From contig NW_027266286.1 in assembly GCF_022045235.1 (NCBI RefSeq), positions 29,512,001 through 29,576,000 on the forward strand: a DNA stretch of 64,000 nt, given 5' to 3'. Position numbers and translations under genes: made by a program. Source of the DNA: Haliotis cracherodii (taxonomy: Eukaryota). Below, one piece after another: positions 13,865 to 26,392 of this stretch; position 1 is the first letter of the stretch; each line of letters starts with the position of its first letter. Below the pieces are notes generated by a model. That model did no database searches, was not told where the DNA came from, and was given only the letters and a program-made list of their open reading frames with translations.

Positions 13865-14293
13865 TAGTTCTCGCTACCGCTAAACAAAGATCTGAGGACA
13901 TCCCATTAGGGGTCACGTCAGAACGACCTTTCATCCGACCAATCAGAGCGTCGCTTACCAGATTATGAAAGTGACAGTCGGAATGTGATTTCTAATCATG
14001 TAACCTCGAAAACTTTAACGATAGTTACGAGTTGAACGATTGAATCCATACGATCTAGACCATCTATTAGCCATTCCAGAATGTTCTTTTGTTCAGGTTT
14101 CAAATTTGTAATCGAGAATTTGTCAAAATATGTTTCGAAGCGTAGTCGCCAATTTGAAATTAGTGAAATTAAGCACAAGAATGCTGCCTTCTGATTGGCC
14201 ATATCATTGGTCGGTCAAAGTTCGCACAAGGTCGGTCTGACGTGACCCGTAATGGGATGTCCTCAAATCTTTGTTTAGCCGTAGCGAGAACTA
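13865..14293. mobile_element. Non-autonomous DNA transposon with ~65-bp TIRs starting TAG (Academ-like)
   Basis: TAGTTCTCGCTACCGCTAAACAAAGAT... / ...ATCTTTGTTTAGCCGTAGCGAGAACTA; internal RecQ-like peptide on the - strand. Confidence 0.75.
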
Positions 14294-14414
14294 AGATCTG
14301 ATTTTAATCTATTTGTAGTCAGATCGTGGAATATGACCGTGTAAAACTCGTGGAACTCTAATGCGTCCTACTCCGTGCAGAAACCATGGAAGCAATATGA
14401 GGAAGGAACATACA

Positions 14415-14582
14415 GTTGCACCCCCTATTATGTTTCTGGTAGTCAGCACCATGATGTGGGTTTCACCGAAGTGGTAAACATCTGAGACCTGTATCACTTC
14501 GGGCTTTCCTCCCACATTAGGCCTACACACCGTGATATACTGGAATATTATTAAAAGCGGCGTTAAATACATCTCACTCACA
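14415..14582 (+). mobile_element. SINE family C partial copy
   Basis: Matches the body and tail of 35700-35850. Confidence 0.75.
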
Positions 14583-15901
14583 CGTTGCACAATGTCAAAC
14601 AAGAAACACTGCTGTTTGTGTGATGTAAACTGGTCGCTCATTTGTCTGAAGTGTAACCAGGCCGTCGCTGGGTGTGTTGGTTAGACATAGCGCTACATAC
14701 CAATAAAAACCGTATGAAACCGGTTGATGGTGGAACGCCATGTATACATACCTGTAAAATATTGGCTATGGTATTTCATGCCTGGAAAAGTTTTAATGAA
14801 TGTTTTTTTTTTTAAAGTTATAACATGCGTTGGTAATAGGGTAACAATGACACAATGTCAGTCAGGCGACGTTCGCTGACTTGGTTGAGTGCATGGTATC
14901 GTGTATGCCAATCACTAGATAGTCTGGTCCATACGTGATTATTTACCAACCTCCGTCATATAGCCGGCATATTGCTGTAAGCAACCGCCGTATCATTTAA
15001 CAGTTCTTATTTCCATACGAGACAAGTGGGTGAGCTACCAAGCGGTAAACGTCTGAGACACGATTTTCATCCAGCTAAAGAATGCACGCCTTATTATAAC
15101 TGACCTCCTCCTCATTCGTACTGTACATTTGGCTTTATCCAATTATGTGCTTGTTATCTACTACCGTTGTCGTCTGTGTTAACCTACTGCTTATCACAAC
15201 ATATCATGCATACATACCTCTCGTGACTTGGTTGGCGTCACTCCAGCTTGATAAGCTTGATAACGGTGTAAGAATATACATCGAAACAATATGCAGTAAA
15301 CCAGATGTTATGAACACACAATGCCTCTTAGAAAGTGGTCAAATGTAGCCAATGTTATATTTGGGATAACGCTTTGTGAGTGAAGTACAGATTCTCGTAC
15401 TTTTTTTGGGTTGAGTCCCGTTCAGCATTCGAACCAACACTGCCAAGTTGAGGCACCTAACCGCCAGCACACAAAATCAGCGATCTAACCCACTCAGCCA
15501 CCGAATCTTCCATAAAAATGAAAGTCCGACAACTGGCAGTGTAGATCTCGTACGTTGTGTACCCCTCTGTCATGTGTAAATTGGAAGCCTCGGTGGCTGA
15601 GTGGGTTAGATCGCTGACAACCTGTTTGAGGAACACGCGCATGAGATTGGAAAACACGATGACGACAAACCCAAGGACAGCTTCACCACTCCAGTCGTGT
15701 GCACACGAACTCTTATCATATTTTTAACTGGTAAGGTGGAAACGATTTGTCATAAAAGGCATCACTGAAACATTACCTAAAGTTAAAAGGGCTTAAATAG
15801 CTTCTTGGAAGATCCAGAAATACTAAAGTTGTAGATTGTTTTAGTCATTATTAATGGGTATACGATAGATATCTCTCTGTGCGAACACCTCCATGGGAGG
15901 T

Positions 15902-15982
15902 TGCAGTCTGACCGTCCTGGCGGGTCTATTGGCTCTACACCTGCCGGAGACCATCGAGAACGGGATCAAATTCGGAAGTTAA
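15902..15982 (+). pseudogene. Orphan fragment resembling the last TM and LPET motif of SLC22-type organic cation transporters
   Basis: Translates SLTVLAGLLALHLPETIENGIKFGS*; no other exons recognised. Confidence 0.5.
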
Positions 15983-16629
15983 CATAAGTCATTCGACCTG
16001 TCTTAGACATTACAAAAGATCTCTAATGTTCAGTGCTATTCACCAACACATGGAAACACCCAGTAAATGTTGTGGACATTTTTTATTCAGGTATCGTTAA
16101 TGTGTACAGTCGCATGGTCCTCGCAGCAACGATACCGTCTGTTGAGAAGCCTACAATGTCGTCAGTGTTTGAGAATATGGTAAGCCATCAATAAAGGCGT
16201 TCTTGATTTTAACAAGGAATAAAAGAAACAAGTGATTTCTGTGAGATCACAAGAACAATTGACTTCAGAACAATACCAAGGTTCCTTAATATCATTTGGT
16301 AAATTGTCAACGCTAGTTTCGGACGTGATTTATGATTGCAACGGCTGCCACGCTATCGCAATACACCAGTCAATCACTTTCTCATTCTGTTATTAACTTT
16401 AATGGAAACCATTCACCACGGATTCTAAAACACACGATCATTACGCATGATAGTGGCTAATTATAATATGTTTATAATGATATTCTACACGTTTGACTGT
16501 CGTGGTATTGAGTACATCCTGGTTATGCTCTGTCCTTGACGATAATATGGATATAATTTTAAGTTTAAAAGAAATACGGCTTTTCAATGGGACGAGAAGT
16601 TGGTCACATGACCGCGAATTTGACGTTCA

Positions 16630-16850
16630 TAAGTTTGTTTGCTTGTTGTTTAACGCAGCACTCAGCAATATGCCAGCTATATGACGGCGGTCTGTAAATA
16701 ATCGAGTCTGGTCCAGACAATCCAGTGTTTGACAACATGGACATGGATCCACGCAATCCGCATCGATGACACGAATCAAGTCAGCGAGCCTGACCACCCG
16801 ATCCCGTTAGCCGCCTCTAACGCCAAGCGCAGTCGCCTTTTACGGCAAGC
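16630..16850 (-). mobile_element. Interspersed repeat family B (SINE-like) copy
   Basis: Reverse complement of 36640-36918. Confidence 0.85.
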
Positions 16851-17322
16851 ATGGGTACGTTCATACGTGTATGAAAGTCGTTCATACGTTTTTTACGAGA
16901 CCGTGAAGTATCACTATGGCCACGAATATCGAATTCAATCCAATTAACAGCGTATCCTTGCTCGGCAAAGGGACGCAACTCATAACTTACATGTATCTTC
17001 AAACAAGTGGGCCTCCATGTAAAAGCTTTTAAGGCAAGTAATCATACCATTTGTAGTAATTCCATATACGACTAATCAGCACAAAGCGTTGATCCATGCA
17101 TTCACTGAGGCAATTATATTAATCTCGCTTTTTATTGTCAATAAATATCCATTTAATTAGCAATCTAATTACACAGCGAATGGAAGAAGATATATGAACT
17201 ATTGTCTTTCTGAACCCCTTTAAGGGATTGAAAAAAGGAAAGTATTCCTTGTCGAAATATCTTCATGCAAACTATGGTTTGACTAATTCTAAGGACAAAC
17301 CCACTGATTCCACTGTATATCG

Positions 17323-17474
17323 CATAGGCGGACCCACCCACCCCCACCCCTCACACACACCCTTTTTATTTCGAAAAAAATCTTTATTTCTGTATAAATT
17401 ACCACCAAAGACAATAAATAGATCTTAATTGTGCACCCACCCACCCCTTTTCAAAAAAGCTGTATCCGCCCATG
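17323..17474. mobile_element. MITE with CAT(G/A)GGCGGA TIRs and 5-bp TSD TATCG
   Basis: TATCG|CATAGGCGGA...TCCGCCCATG|TATCG; same family as 20385-20531. Confidence 0.8.
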
Positions 17475-18522
17475 TATCGTATCATAATGATATGTTATTA
17501 CTACATTTATCTGAAAATATATAATAGATATTTCACTCCTTTGAAATAACATGACACTATGTGTTTTTATACTGTGATTTGTTATTGTCTAAATAACATG
17601 TTTATCACATTTCGTGACTTGTCACTCTTGAAAATAACAAATTTGTCAGGTCAGTTTCCCTATCATACATTTAAACATATATAAAAAAATCAACTTAAGC
17701 AAAAAATACAATTGAAAACTAGTAGAACCGCTGTTGGAATCGAAAGAATACACGCTGGTCAAGTTACAAAAAATGGCGCTTTGCGGAACGAACAGTCTCG
17801 ATCGGGTAACTCTTATATAAATAGTTCCGTCAAAGTGTTGTGTGCACTCATAGCAAATATCAATCAAGCTTGGAAATGAATTGGGCGTTTGTTAATTGTA
17901 TGGAGCCATCGAATCGAGATGACCACTGCCTTGAATTAATAATGGTAAAGTGTGTGTTGTATGTTTCATGTTGCGATGTTGTGTTAGAGTGTTCAGGACA
18001 GAATTAATTATTAAGTCTATGTCTCATCATTGTGTTAGTGTGGCCCACGTGGAACAGCTGCATTTAATGCGCTTGTGACTGTAGTCTACATCTGCCTGTC
18101 GACACACACACAATCGCCTCAATATGTGAAACATTGAGACAAGAAACATTAGTTTTACGCAAATAATGCTGCATTTTTCCGTTGTAAGATGAGTTACTTA
18201 TCAATGTGGTGAAATGCATTATGTGTGTCGCGGTAGGTTGTACGTTACAGCAGGGATATCTGTGTAGACCTATCCGGCAAGGCAACAGAATGGAAAACAT
18301 CACTATAACTGACAAGCTACTTATGATATACTGCAAATAAAAGTAGTAGGATAATAATTCTAAAGATGAGGAGGATTCGGGTGATTGAGAGACTGCTGAA
18401 ATAGTGCCTCCTCACTTGGTCACACAAGGGTGTATACTTTCTTTTGCCCGGCAGTTTATGAGCATGTTGGTTGGTTTGGTTTGTTGTTAAACGCCACACT
18501 CAGCAATATTCCAGCTATATGA

Positions 18523-21040
18523 TGCCCCGGTCACACATTCACGGATCGTCTTGTCGGATCCACTACGGATGGAAACTCACGGATGACCCCGGAAAAGACT
18601 ATATCCGTGGTCCGCTACGGATGCACCACGGATTCAGTAGGGTATTTTACGGATCAACCAAGGATAATGCAGAAAATGAGCTACTTGACAACGGGGAGTG
18701 ATAGGGATTGATACGGTTCGGTACGGTTTGGTACGGTTTAGTACGGAATAACCGTGTCACGGCGTATGCACTGCGGATTAACAACGGTTCGCTACGATTG
18801 TAGTACGGGTTAGCACGAATTAGAACGGTCTGGCACGGATAAGTACGGACTCTAACGGAGCGCCACGGACCAGCCACGATAAGCAATCCGTATACATGAA
18901 TTCCCGCGCTCGCGTGTTCATTCCACAACTTCAAAATGCCACCACGAAAGAGAGGAGCAATGGTTTTTTTTCAATTTTTATTGTTCAAGAATATATTATG
19001 TTTCAATTTCACAAAGTTTAGAAATGAAGACAGAAATAAAAGGTTGATATTAACATTTGTAAATGATGTTAGTGTATGGTTTTTTTTACGTAAGTACAAA
19101 TAAAAACATATTCCAAAGTCCAATATTTTTAATAAAACATTATCTGTAAATATCCAACACAATTCGACCGTTCTGAAGGATGATCTTTTATACCATCCTG
19201 TTCTGGCACCGCCCCGACAGGTGAATTGACGTAGTGTTTAAGGTACAGCCTCTGCTGCATCGCTTTCAAGGTGTCTAAGTTGCCAGCCCTGGTGTTCTGC
19301 ACATCGTCCATGTTAACACCCTCTCTCCAGGCACCAGGGATGACGTTGTGGTTAACATCCTCTTGATCAGTGAGAGGGTTCTGTTCACCAGGATATCTGA
19401 CCCTCATGATGTTGTGAAGGCACACACAGGCGAGGACTGGGGGAGAGTAAACACCGGAATCTGTTTGCAAGGATACCAAATGCATTTACCACAACTCGTC
19501 TGACCCTCGAGAGGCGGTAGTTGAAGATCCTCTCGTCATTGGCAAGACCCCGTCTGGAGAAGGGCTTCGTGAGCCAGGTATTCATGCCAAATGCATTGTC
19601 TGCAATGATATAGTAAGACATCGGTCTGTCATCACCGGGAATGGGGGGCTGCTGCTGGGATGCCGATTACACCCCTTTCAATGGCGTTTTTCAGCTCACA
19701 CTGGTTCCAAATCTGAGCGTCGGAGCAACCACCTTGTGCACCAATATTCACCCACCGGAACTTGTAACCGGCGTCGACTAGGGCCATCAGAACTTTTGAG
19801 TGATATCCTTTATGTTGCAATTATAGTCTCGCATACGTCCCGAACAATACCAGAGATGGTATTGTGCGCCACCCTGAAGCCATACATCAAGGTCCGGTAG
19901 CTGTCCCCCGTAGCAAGGTAACGCTGTGTGACTGCTAGCCTCACTCCAGGTTCGATGGACTGTCTGTACCAGGTAATTTTCTTCATAATCATGCGACCCA
20001 CTACTTGTAACAGTTCTTGGAACATCTGTAGGTCTATTCTCACAAAGTTCTTGAAAGCAGCTGGATTTTCCACACTCAGTTCAGCCATGATAGCTTCATA
20101 CTGGCCGTGGATGGGTCGTGGGAGGAGCCAGTCCCTGGTCCACCATGTCTTCTGCCTCCGGTCACCTCTCAGTCTGCCCTCAAGCAGCTCCACCATGGCC
20201 CTGGCTTTTTGTGGCATATCAATGTCCTGGTCCAGCCAGTTCAGTGCCAGCCTCAGTTGTTGGTTGTTCATGTTGGTTGTTGTTAGATGTAGACTTCTTG
20301 GATGAAACAGATATGAAGTAGGGCCCTATAAACTGGAAGCCTGGTGACAGAACGGGGGTGACACCTAGATGACATAATCCGTAACATGGGCGGATAAAGA
20401 GGGGGCTGCGGGGGTGCGCACCCCCCTTTTTATTCCGAAATAAATCATTATTTCTGTATTAATTACCACCAAGACAATAAATAGATTTTAATTGTGCACC
20501 ACCCTTTTCCAAAAAGCTGTATCCGCCCATGCGTAATAAACTGTAGTGGACCGTAGTAAGCTGTATTATGCCGTACTGTCGCGTAGTAACCCGTAGGAAT
20601 CCTTGAGAAACCTTGGTAATCCCTACCTATCCCTAATAGAACGTAGTGCCATCGTGCTGGTCCGTGACAAATCCGTTACAAACCGTATTGTATCCTTGGC
20701 TAATCCGTGGGGTAACCGTACAAGTACGTAGTTCACCGTAACTAACCTTACCGATCCTTGGCGGCTTGAGTCCGGGGATGTACTACGAATTAGTACGGTT
20801 TATTACGGACTAAGACGGATAAGTACGTTCTAAAACGGATCAGTAAGGATGTACTACGGTTGTCTGATCCGTGGGGAATTTTGGAACATGCTCAAAAATT
20901 GTCACGGATATACAAGTACTACTACGATTGACCCAGGATACAATACGGACAGCTACGGACCACTACAGATTGCCACGAATGATGCCGGGTCGTATCCGTG
21001 GCTAATCCGGCGTCCGGTCCGTGAATGTGTGACCGGGGCA
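18523..21040 (-). mobile_element. PIF/Harbinger DNA transposon with decayed, internally deleted DDE transposase (~19130-20271, -)
   Basis: Perfect 23-bp TIR TGCCCCGGTCACACATTCACGGA and TSD TGA. Motifs RYLATGDSY, LMALVDA.YKF..V.IGA.G..SDA, IIADNAF and FNYRLSR.RRVV.NAFGILANRF lie in four broken ORFs. Confidence 0.93.
20385..20531. mobile_element. MITE nested in the Harbinger element, 5-bp TSD CGTAA
   Basis: CGTAA|CATGGGCGGATA...TATCCGCCCATG|CGTAA. Confidence 0.85.
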
Positions 21041-21085
21041 TGACACCGGTCTGTAAATGATCGAGTGTGGACCAGACAACCAGAT

Positions 21086-21310
21086 TTGCACCCCTTGGGC
21101 ACGCCAGAAACCTATGATTGTGGGTTGGAATCCCAGTTCGCCCCGATTATGTTTCTAGGTTTGTCAGCACCAAACCCGTGCTCGTGGGTTTCACCGAAGT
21201 GGTAAACGTCTGAAGCCAGCATCACTACGGGCATTCCTACCAACCACATTAAGCTGACACGCCGTGATATAACTGTAATACTGTTAACTCACTCACTCAC
21301 TCTCACTCAA
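21086..21310 (+). mobile_element. SINE family C copy
   Basis: Close match to 35639-35873. Confidence 0.85.
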
Positions 21311-21832
21311 AGGGTCAACATTGGGACAGATTGAGAATTTTCACGAGAACTAAAACTACAAAGCTTATTATTTAATCTAAGCAGCCGTATATAAAATAAT
21401 ATTGATACTAAATTCATTTTTCCAGAAAATACTGATCAGTACTCTGTATGTACACTGATGGAAATGAATAAGCGAACACTAAGTTTCAGAGACAATAAAA
21501 TGTATCGACTTAGACAATTGAACATTTCAACTCATCGCAGGGATGGTTTATTACTTTCATATATGACTGATACGTTTTCACGAGAACGATCAGCATCTAA
21601 GCCGTATATATATCCCAATTACGTTGTTTGCTTTTATCTATATATTTTTTCTACCTCAACAGCTTTAGATACAATCATTTCTAACAGGCTGCACAATTCC
21701 ACGAACTCCCGCATATGAAAATAGGTCTACATATAAAACAGCATTATCAATCACAGGCACTATCATTTTTAAATAAAAGGTCTGCTATTATAAGTCTGCT
21801 TAACACTGATAATCATTTATAGAGGTTAACGA

Positions 21833-21877
21833 ATGATAATTCAGCGGATGGCTATAGTCATTCGCGCAAGGATCTGA
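21833..21877 (+). promoter_or_regulatory. Candidate short uORF MIIQRMAIVIRARI* (second ATG at 21848)
   Basis: In-frame ATGs at 21833 and 21848, TGA at 21875-21877; transcription start unknown. Confidence 0.25.
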
Positions 21878-21921
21878 CAAGCTCGGGACTACTTTGACCC
21901 AGTTTCGGCACTTTCCGGCAC

Positions 21922-22035
21922 ATGCTACGGAAAATTACGAGCCGGTCAGTCAATATAGTCGTGCTACATCATCACGCAGAGTGGCCATGGCGGGTGCCGG
22001 TGACCAATTCTTCGAAGGAACAGAGAAACTGTTAG
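21922..22035 (+). promoter_or_regulatory. Candidate overlapping uORF (37 aa), out of frame with AMD1
   Basis: ATG at 21922 and TAG at 22033-22035, spanning the main ATG. Relevant only if transcription starts upstream of 21922. Confidence 0.35.
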
Positions 22036-22090
22036 AGGTGTGGTTTGCATCTTCCTGTGATGAAGAGTGCGATCTACGGACAGTTGCAAG
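21987..22090 (+). CDS. AMD1: AMD1 exon 1: MAGAGDQFFEGTEKLLEVWFASSCDEECDLRTVA(R)
   Basis: Strong Kozak GCCATGG, FEGxEKxLE motif, donor AG|GTGAAA, phase 2. Confidence 0.95.
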
Positions 22091-23552
22091 GTGAAACTAT
22101 GTTTTTATTCCCATGCCACATTGATCACGTGTATTAGCAGGTTGTCGAACACCGGCACAAAAGGTGGAGTGACAGCAGGTGATTTGGTCCAGTGCTCAGT
22201 CAACGGCGGCTTCTCCGATAAAACTTAAAAGTCAATGTGGAAATTCTGATTAGCGTCTAAAAACAAGGTCCCGGGAAATAGACAAGTAGCTTATTTTGTC
22301 GATGCAAACCTATACTTTTGTTGTCAGTCTGCCAATTTCTCTAAATAACCCAGTTCCATTTGCGCCGTGATGAGGTGTTGTCATGACAACACTGATGTTG
22401 TAGCCTACACGCATCTCCTTAATCTCTTGAGAAAATGAAAATGTTCTTGTTTTAGTGCATATAGTGCAGGTGTGAATGACGCTACAGTGCCGGGCTATCT
22501 AGTTGAATTTTGAGTTTTCATCTTGCTTTGCATTCATTATCTTTATTGGGCCTAACCAACATTTATTTGTTTTTGTTGTGGAGTAATGACAGAACAGCAC
22601 TCTAGGAGGGGCCTGATTGGGTATACTGTTTAGCGTAAAACAACTAGAAAACACTATCGTAAACGTAGGATAGTCAAATTTTTATTGTGTAAGATTAATG
22701 TAAAATGTCCATAAAAATGCTTAACATTAATTAGATCTACAATTATATTGTTCATCATAATCATGATTAATCATTTCATAAAAGTTGTCTATACCCTTGT
22801 GTTATGGGTTTTCAAGCCCCTTTGAAGTATTTCTCATTATGTGTCTGATAACAATCCCATTACACTAAAATTAAGTCTTACCTTTGAGAACAATTATATC
22901 TGTAAGCGAGACAAGTCGATCAGGCACCTCTTGTTATCGTCACATGATTTCGAGGCCCCTCCATCAAGTTAAAAACAGGTACACAACATAGTCACTTGGC
23001 ATTACACACAGGATGATTATTAACATCAGCTGATACGTAACCACAATTGTCATCAGATCAAGTTTGATTAAAATGTGCATTAGTCAAAATGTAAGTTTTG
23101 AGGTATGTTTTCATTACTTATTGAATATCCTTCCTTGTGTAGCTTAATTCGAATTTGGAACATAACTTCAGTTGCAACCAACGAACACTTTGATGTCTTT
23201 AGTGGACTTTGAAGCGTCTACCTTGATTACGATGTTATGTGCATGGTCACATGTTAAGGAGCTTGAAAAAAGGTGTAGCTCGAAATGTCACACCAAATGA
23301 GTAGTGAAAAGGTAAATATTTTCATCCATTGCGCCATACTTGACACTGCCAACTGTATATCGTTAGGATGCCCAAATACCTGGCACACTGTCTATGAAAA
23401 AGATGGCTAAAACAGCTAACAGAAACTGATAGGAGCACATGCAAGTATCGAGGTACGTGTTGGATTGTGAGCATGGTATCATGATATGTATCGGATCTCA
23501 CAGTTGTGACAAGTAGTCTCCCTACTAGCAACATTTGTGTATGACGTCTACT

Positions 23553-24180
23553 CAATCAATCTTTATTTCGTACTCAAAAGGCCACTGGCCTTAAGTACAA
23601 AATACAATTCAGCATAATTAATCATTACAATAGAACATCAAATTGAAATAAATGATCTCCCACATATATACATCATGACAACCATAAATATGCTCATTTT
23701 ATTCTGGCATAGATAGTATTTAATTAACAGTTAACAATTTCATTTCTATGGGCAAAAGCATGGTAAATAAACATTGATAAATTCTTTACAACCTCTTTTA
23801 TCTCACATTTTAATAAACTTATAATTTTACATATGTTTGGTTAACTGTAATAGTATTTTGGTAAGTATTTTATTCTTAGTTCTAAATATAATGGACATCT
23901 GATAAGGAAGTGTTACTCGTCTTCTATTTCATATAAGTTACACGTTACATTTTCTTTGTTCTCGTGGGGTAATTATATATCTGCCTGTTTCAATATGTAG
24001 ATCATGCGACATGCAACAAAACCGTGCCAATGCTTTTTTATATTCTGGTATGGTAATATCAACGAGATAGCATTCTCTATAAATGTAAGATTTAAAAAGT
24101 TGATAATAAAAGTGTTTATTTGATAATGCTAATGAAACATTCAATGATTGTAAATAAATATCTTTGGTATTTCCACTGTC
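23553..24180 (-). mobile_element. 3' end of a non-LTR retrotransposon (RTE-X/L2-like C-terminus) in AMD1 intron 1
   Basis: ALARF...SHDLHIETGRY...PREQRKC..C...IEDE.HFL..CP.Y.ELR pattern; ends in AATAAA plus a (TTGA)n-like tail. Confidence 0.75.
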
Positions 24181-25405
24181 CAAAGTGTGCAGTGAGGCCA
24201 TCTTATTGTTGATAGTCATTTTGGACTATCAAAGAGACGTGTACCTGGGTCATGACCAGATGTTTCTAGAAATGAAGTTATGGAATATGTAACAATGGGG
24301 TGAAGTGAAGAATGCAGGGCTTGGAGTTCCTTATATTACAGTTGCAATGGCACAGTTAGGTCATAAATACATGGTTAAAATATGTTCCCAGTGCCTGTAA
24401 GGCGCTCATCGAAATCATATTTTCGGTTTATCTTAAGGGTAAAAAGAATAATAGTCTTGGTTCTCAGGTAATACCCGCATTATCATAAAGACTGCAGCAT
24501 GTTTTGTTTTTATCACCATTTTCAAAAAAATATAAAAATCCTAATACTTAAACACAATGCTAAAAAAGAATTTAAAATGGAAACAAAAACGAAACGTGCA
24601 GTGAACGTCATGATGATGTGGGCAGTGCCTGGAACCAAGACTATTATTTTTTTTAGCCTAAACAAGCCACTGATAATTTACTTTCACACAAGTAAAGTTG
24701 CCGAAGGATGATAAGTCGATTGGCTCTGTAGAGAACCACACCCCAGTGACTTTTGATATCAAAATATACCAACACAAAACTTTTAACCTCTAGGGCTTGC
24801 TGAGGCATCTGTAACGTGTTTCAACGGGTGTTGATGAATCAGCTGATGTCAAAACAAACAAGGGTGCGGTACCATTTATCATCCAAAATCATTCCTCCAA
24901 CTGTTTCAGTTTGTAAATCATAATAAGCAACATCTTGAGTGTAAAAGTACGAAAACCAGCATCAGTGGCAGAGAGATTTGGGATTCCAGTTGATGAACAG
25001 TTTCAAAAGCATTGAATTGCAGAGATATCTCCGCTGGATCTCACCCATTGTAGTCTCCTGCAGAAGCCAGTTATAGATGATAAATGAACATAGGTGACAT
25101 GCTTAATGAACCTATTTCTATTTCTTTTAATGCAATCCTCGTGATTGCACACCTAACAAAGGAAACACCCATCCTCTGTATGAATACCCTGTGACCCACT
25201 TGAATGAAATCTGAGTGTGTTTCTATCCCTTGAATGGCAACATATGTTCAATGATCCTGCTACCTACTAGTGGAATTCAATTTTCATGTTTATAATATCA
25301 TACTTGAATAACTTGATGATTCATATTTTAATAACATTGATAATGTTTTGGCCAATTGTGAATAACAATAGAAAAGTGTGTTGTGAGCACTTCCAGACTT
25401 GATTA

Positions 25406-25924
25406 CAGTAAAACATGGATATAACGAACCACAAGGGACCGGAGAAATCAGTTCGTTATATCCGTTCTTCGTTATATATACGTTTTCACTTGGAAACGTC
25501 CACCATCTTGGATAAAACAATACATGTAAATGCAGCATTGACTTGCATTAGCAGTGATCACTTCATAGCATTCAGCTGATAACATTTCATAACATTCATT
25601 TAAGTATAACAAGGTTGATCCGTCACCGCTGTTTGTGTTGATTCGCTGCGAATGTGTTGATTCATCGCTGATTGCGTACAGCCAGTTGTCGGACACTTGA
25701 CACTGAGTGAGATTTCTCAGTTTGCTATACACGTTACTAATTAGTGATAGATGGGTTTGTCGGTGATAAGATATCAGTTCGCTGTATCCGTTAGTTCGCT
25801 GTAGAGTTTGTTATGTACGTAAATTTTATATGATATCATGTAAGAGATAAATCGGGGATTTTTTAAAAGTTCGTTGTATCCGTTTGTTCGCTCTATCCGT
25901 GTTCGTTATATCCATGTTCTGCTG
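25406..25924. mobile_element. pogo/Tigger-type MITE
   Basis: TA|CAGTAAAACATGGATATAACGAAC...GTTCGTTATATCCATGTTCTGCTG|TA. Confidence 0.85.
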
Positions 25925-26392
25925 TATGTAATAAGTGACTGCCATCATTTTGCTGGAATATTGTCAAGTATGGCATTAAACAAGACACAAAAACAAAAAC
26001 AAAACATGCACAAAAAAATCGATCAGTCAAAACGATTTGATTGATAATCAAGATCTATATTGTAAAACAGGTCTTACCCCGCGAAGTACATCACATCACT
26101 TGAGCACCTTGATTAAAAATGTGAAAAGATTTGCAACATATCTGTCAACGCCAAGTTGACAGTACTCGTGCTTTGCAAATCCTGCAGTCAGCCAAAATCG
26201 GCATGCTGAAATCCATGTTGTTTGCAAACCGGATGTCTAGTTCATTACACGATTTTGATTGGACTTTGCATAGACTCATTTGTCCTGCCAAAAACTCCGG
26301 AAGCCCAGCCTTGTTCAGCAGTGGTGGAAACTGGACTTTTATAGTCAGGTAACGCATTTGCCTCTGGGTGATGAGTGTAGTGTAAGTCCTTG

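Noticed and set aside
19129-20271. Domesticated HARBI1-like host gene
   Set aside because: Frameshifted, internally deleted, and bounded by TIRs and a TSD.
21894-21986. TTG-initiated N-terminal extension of AMD1
   Set aside because: The ATG at 21987 has an ideal Kozak context and matches the family N-terminus; the extension shows no recognisable similarity.
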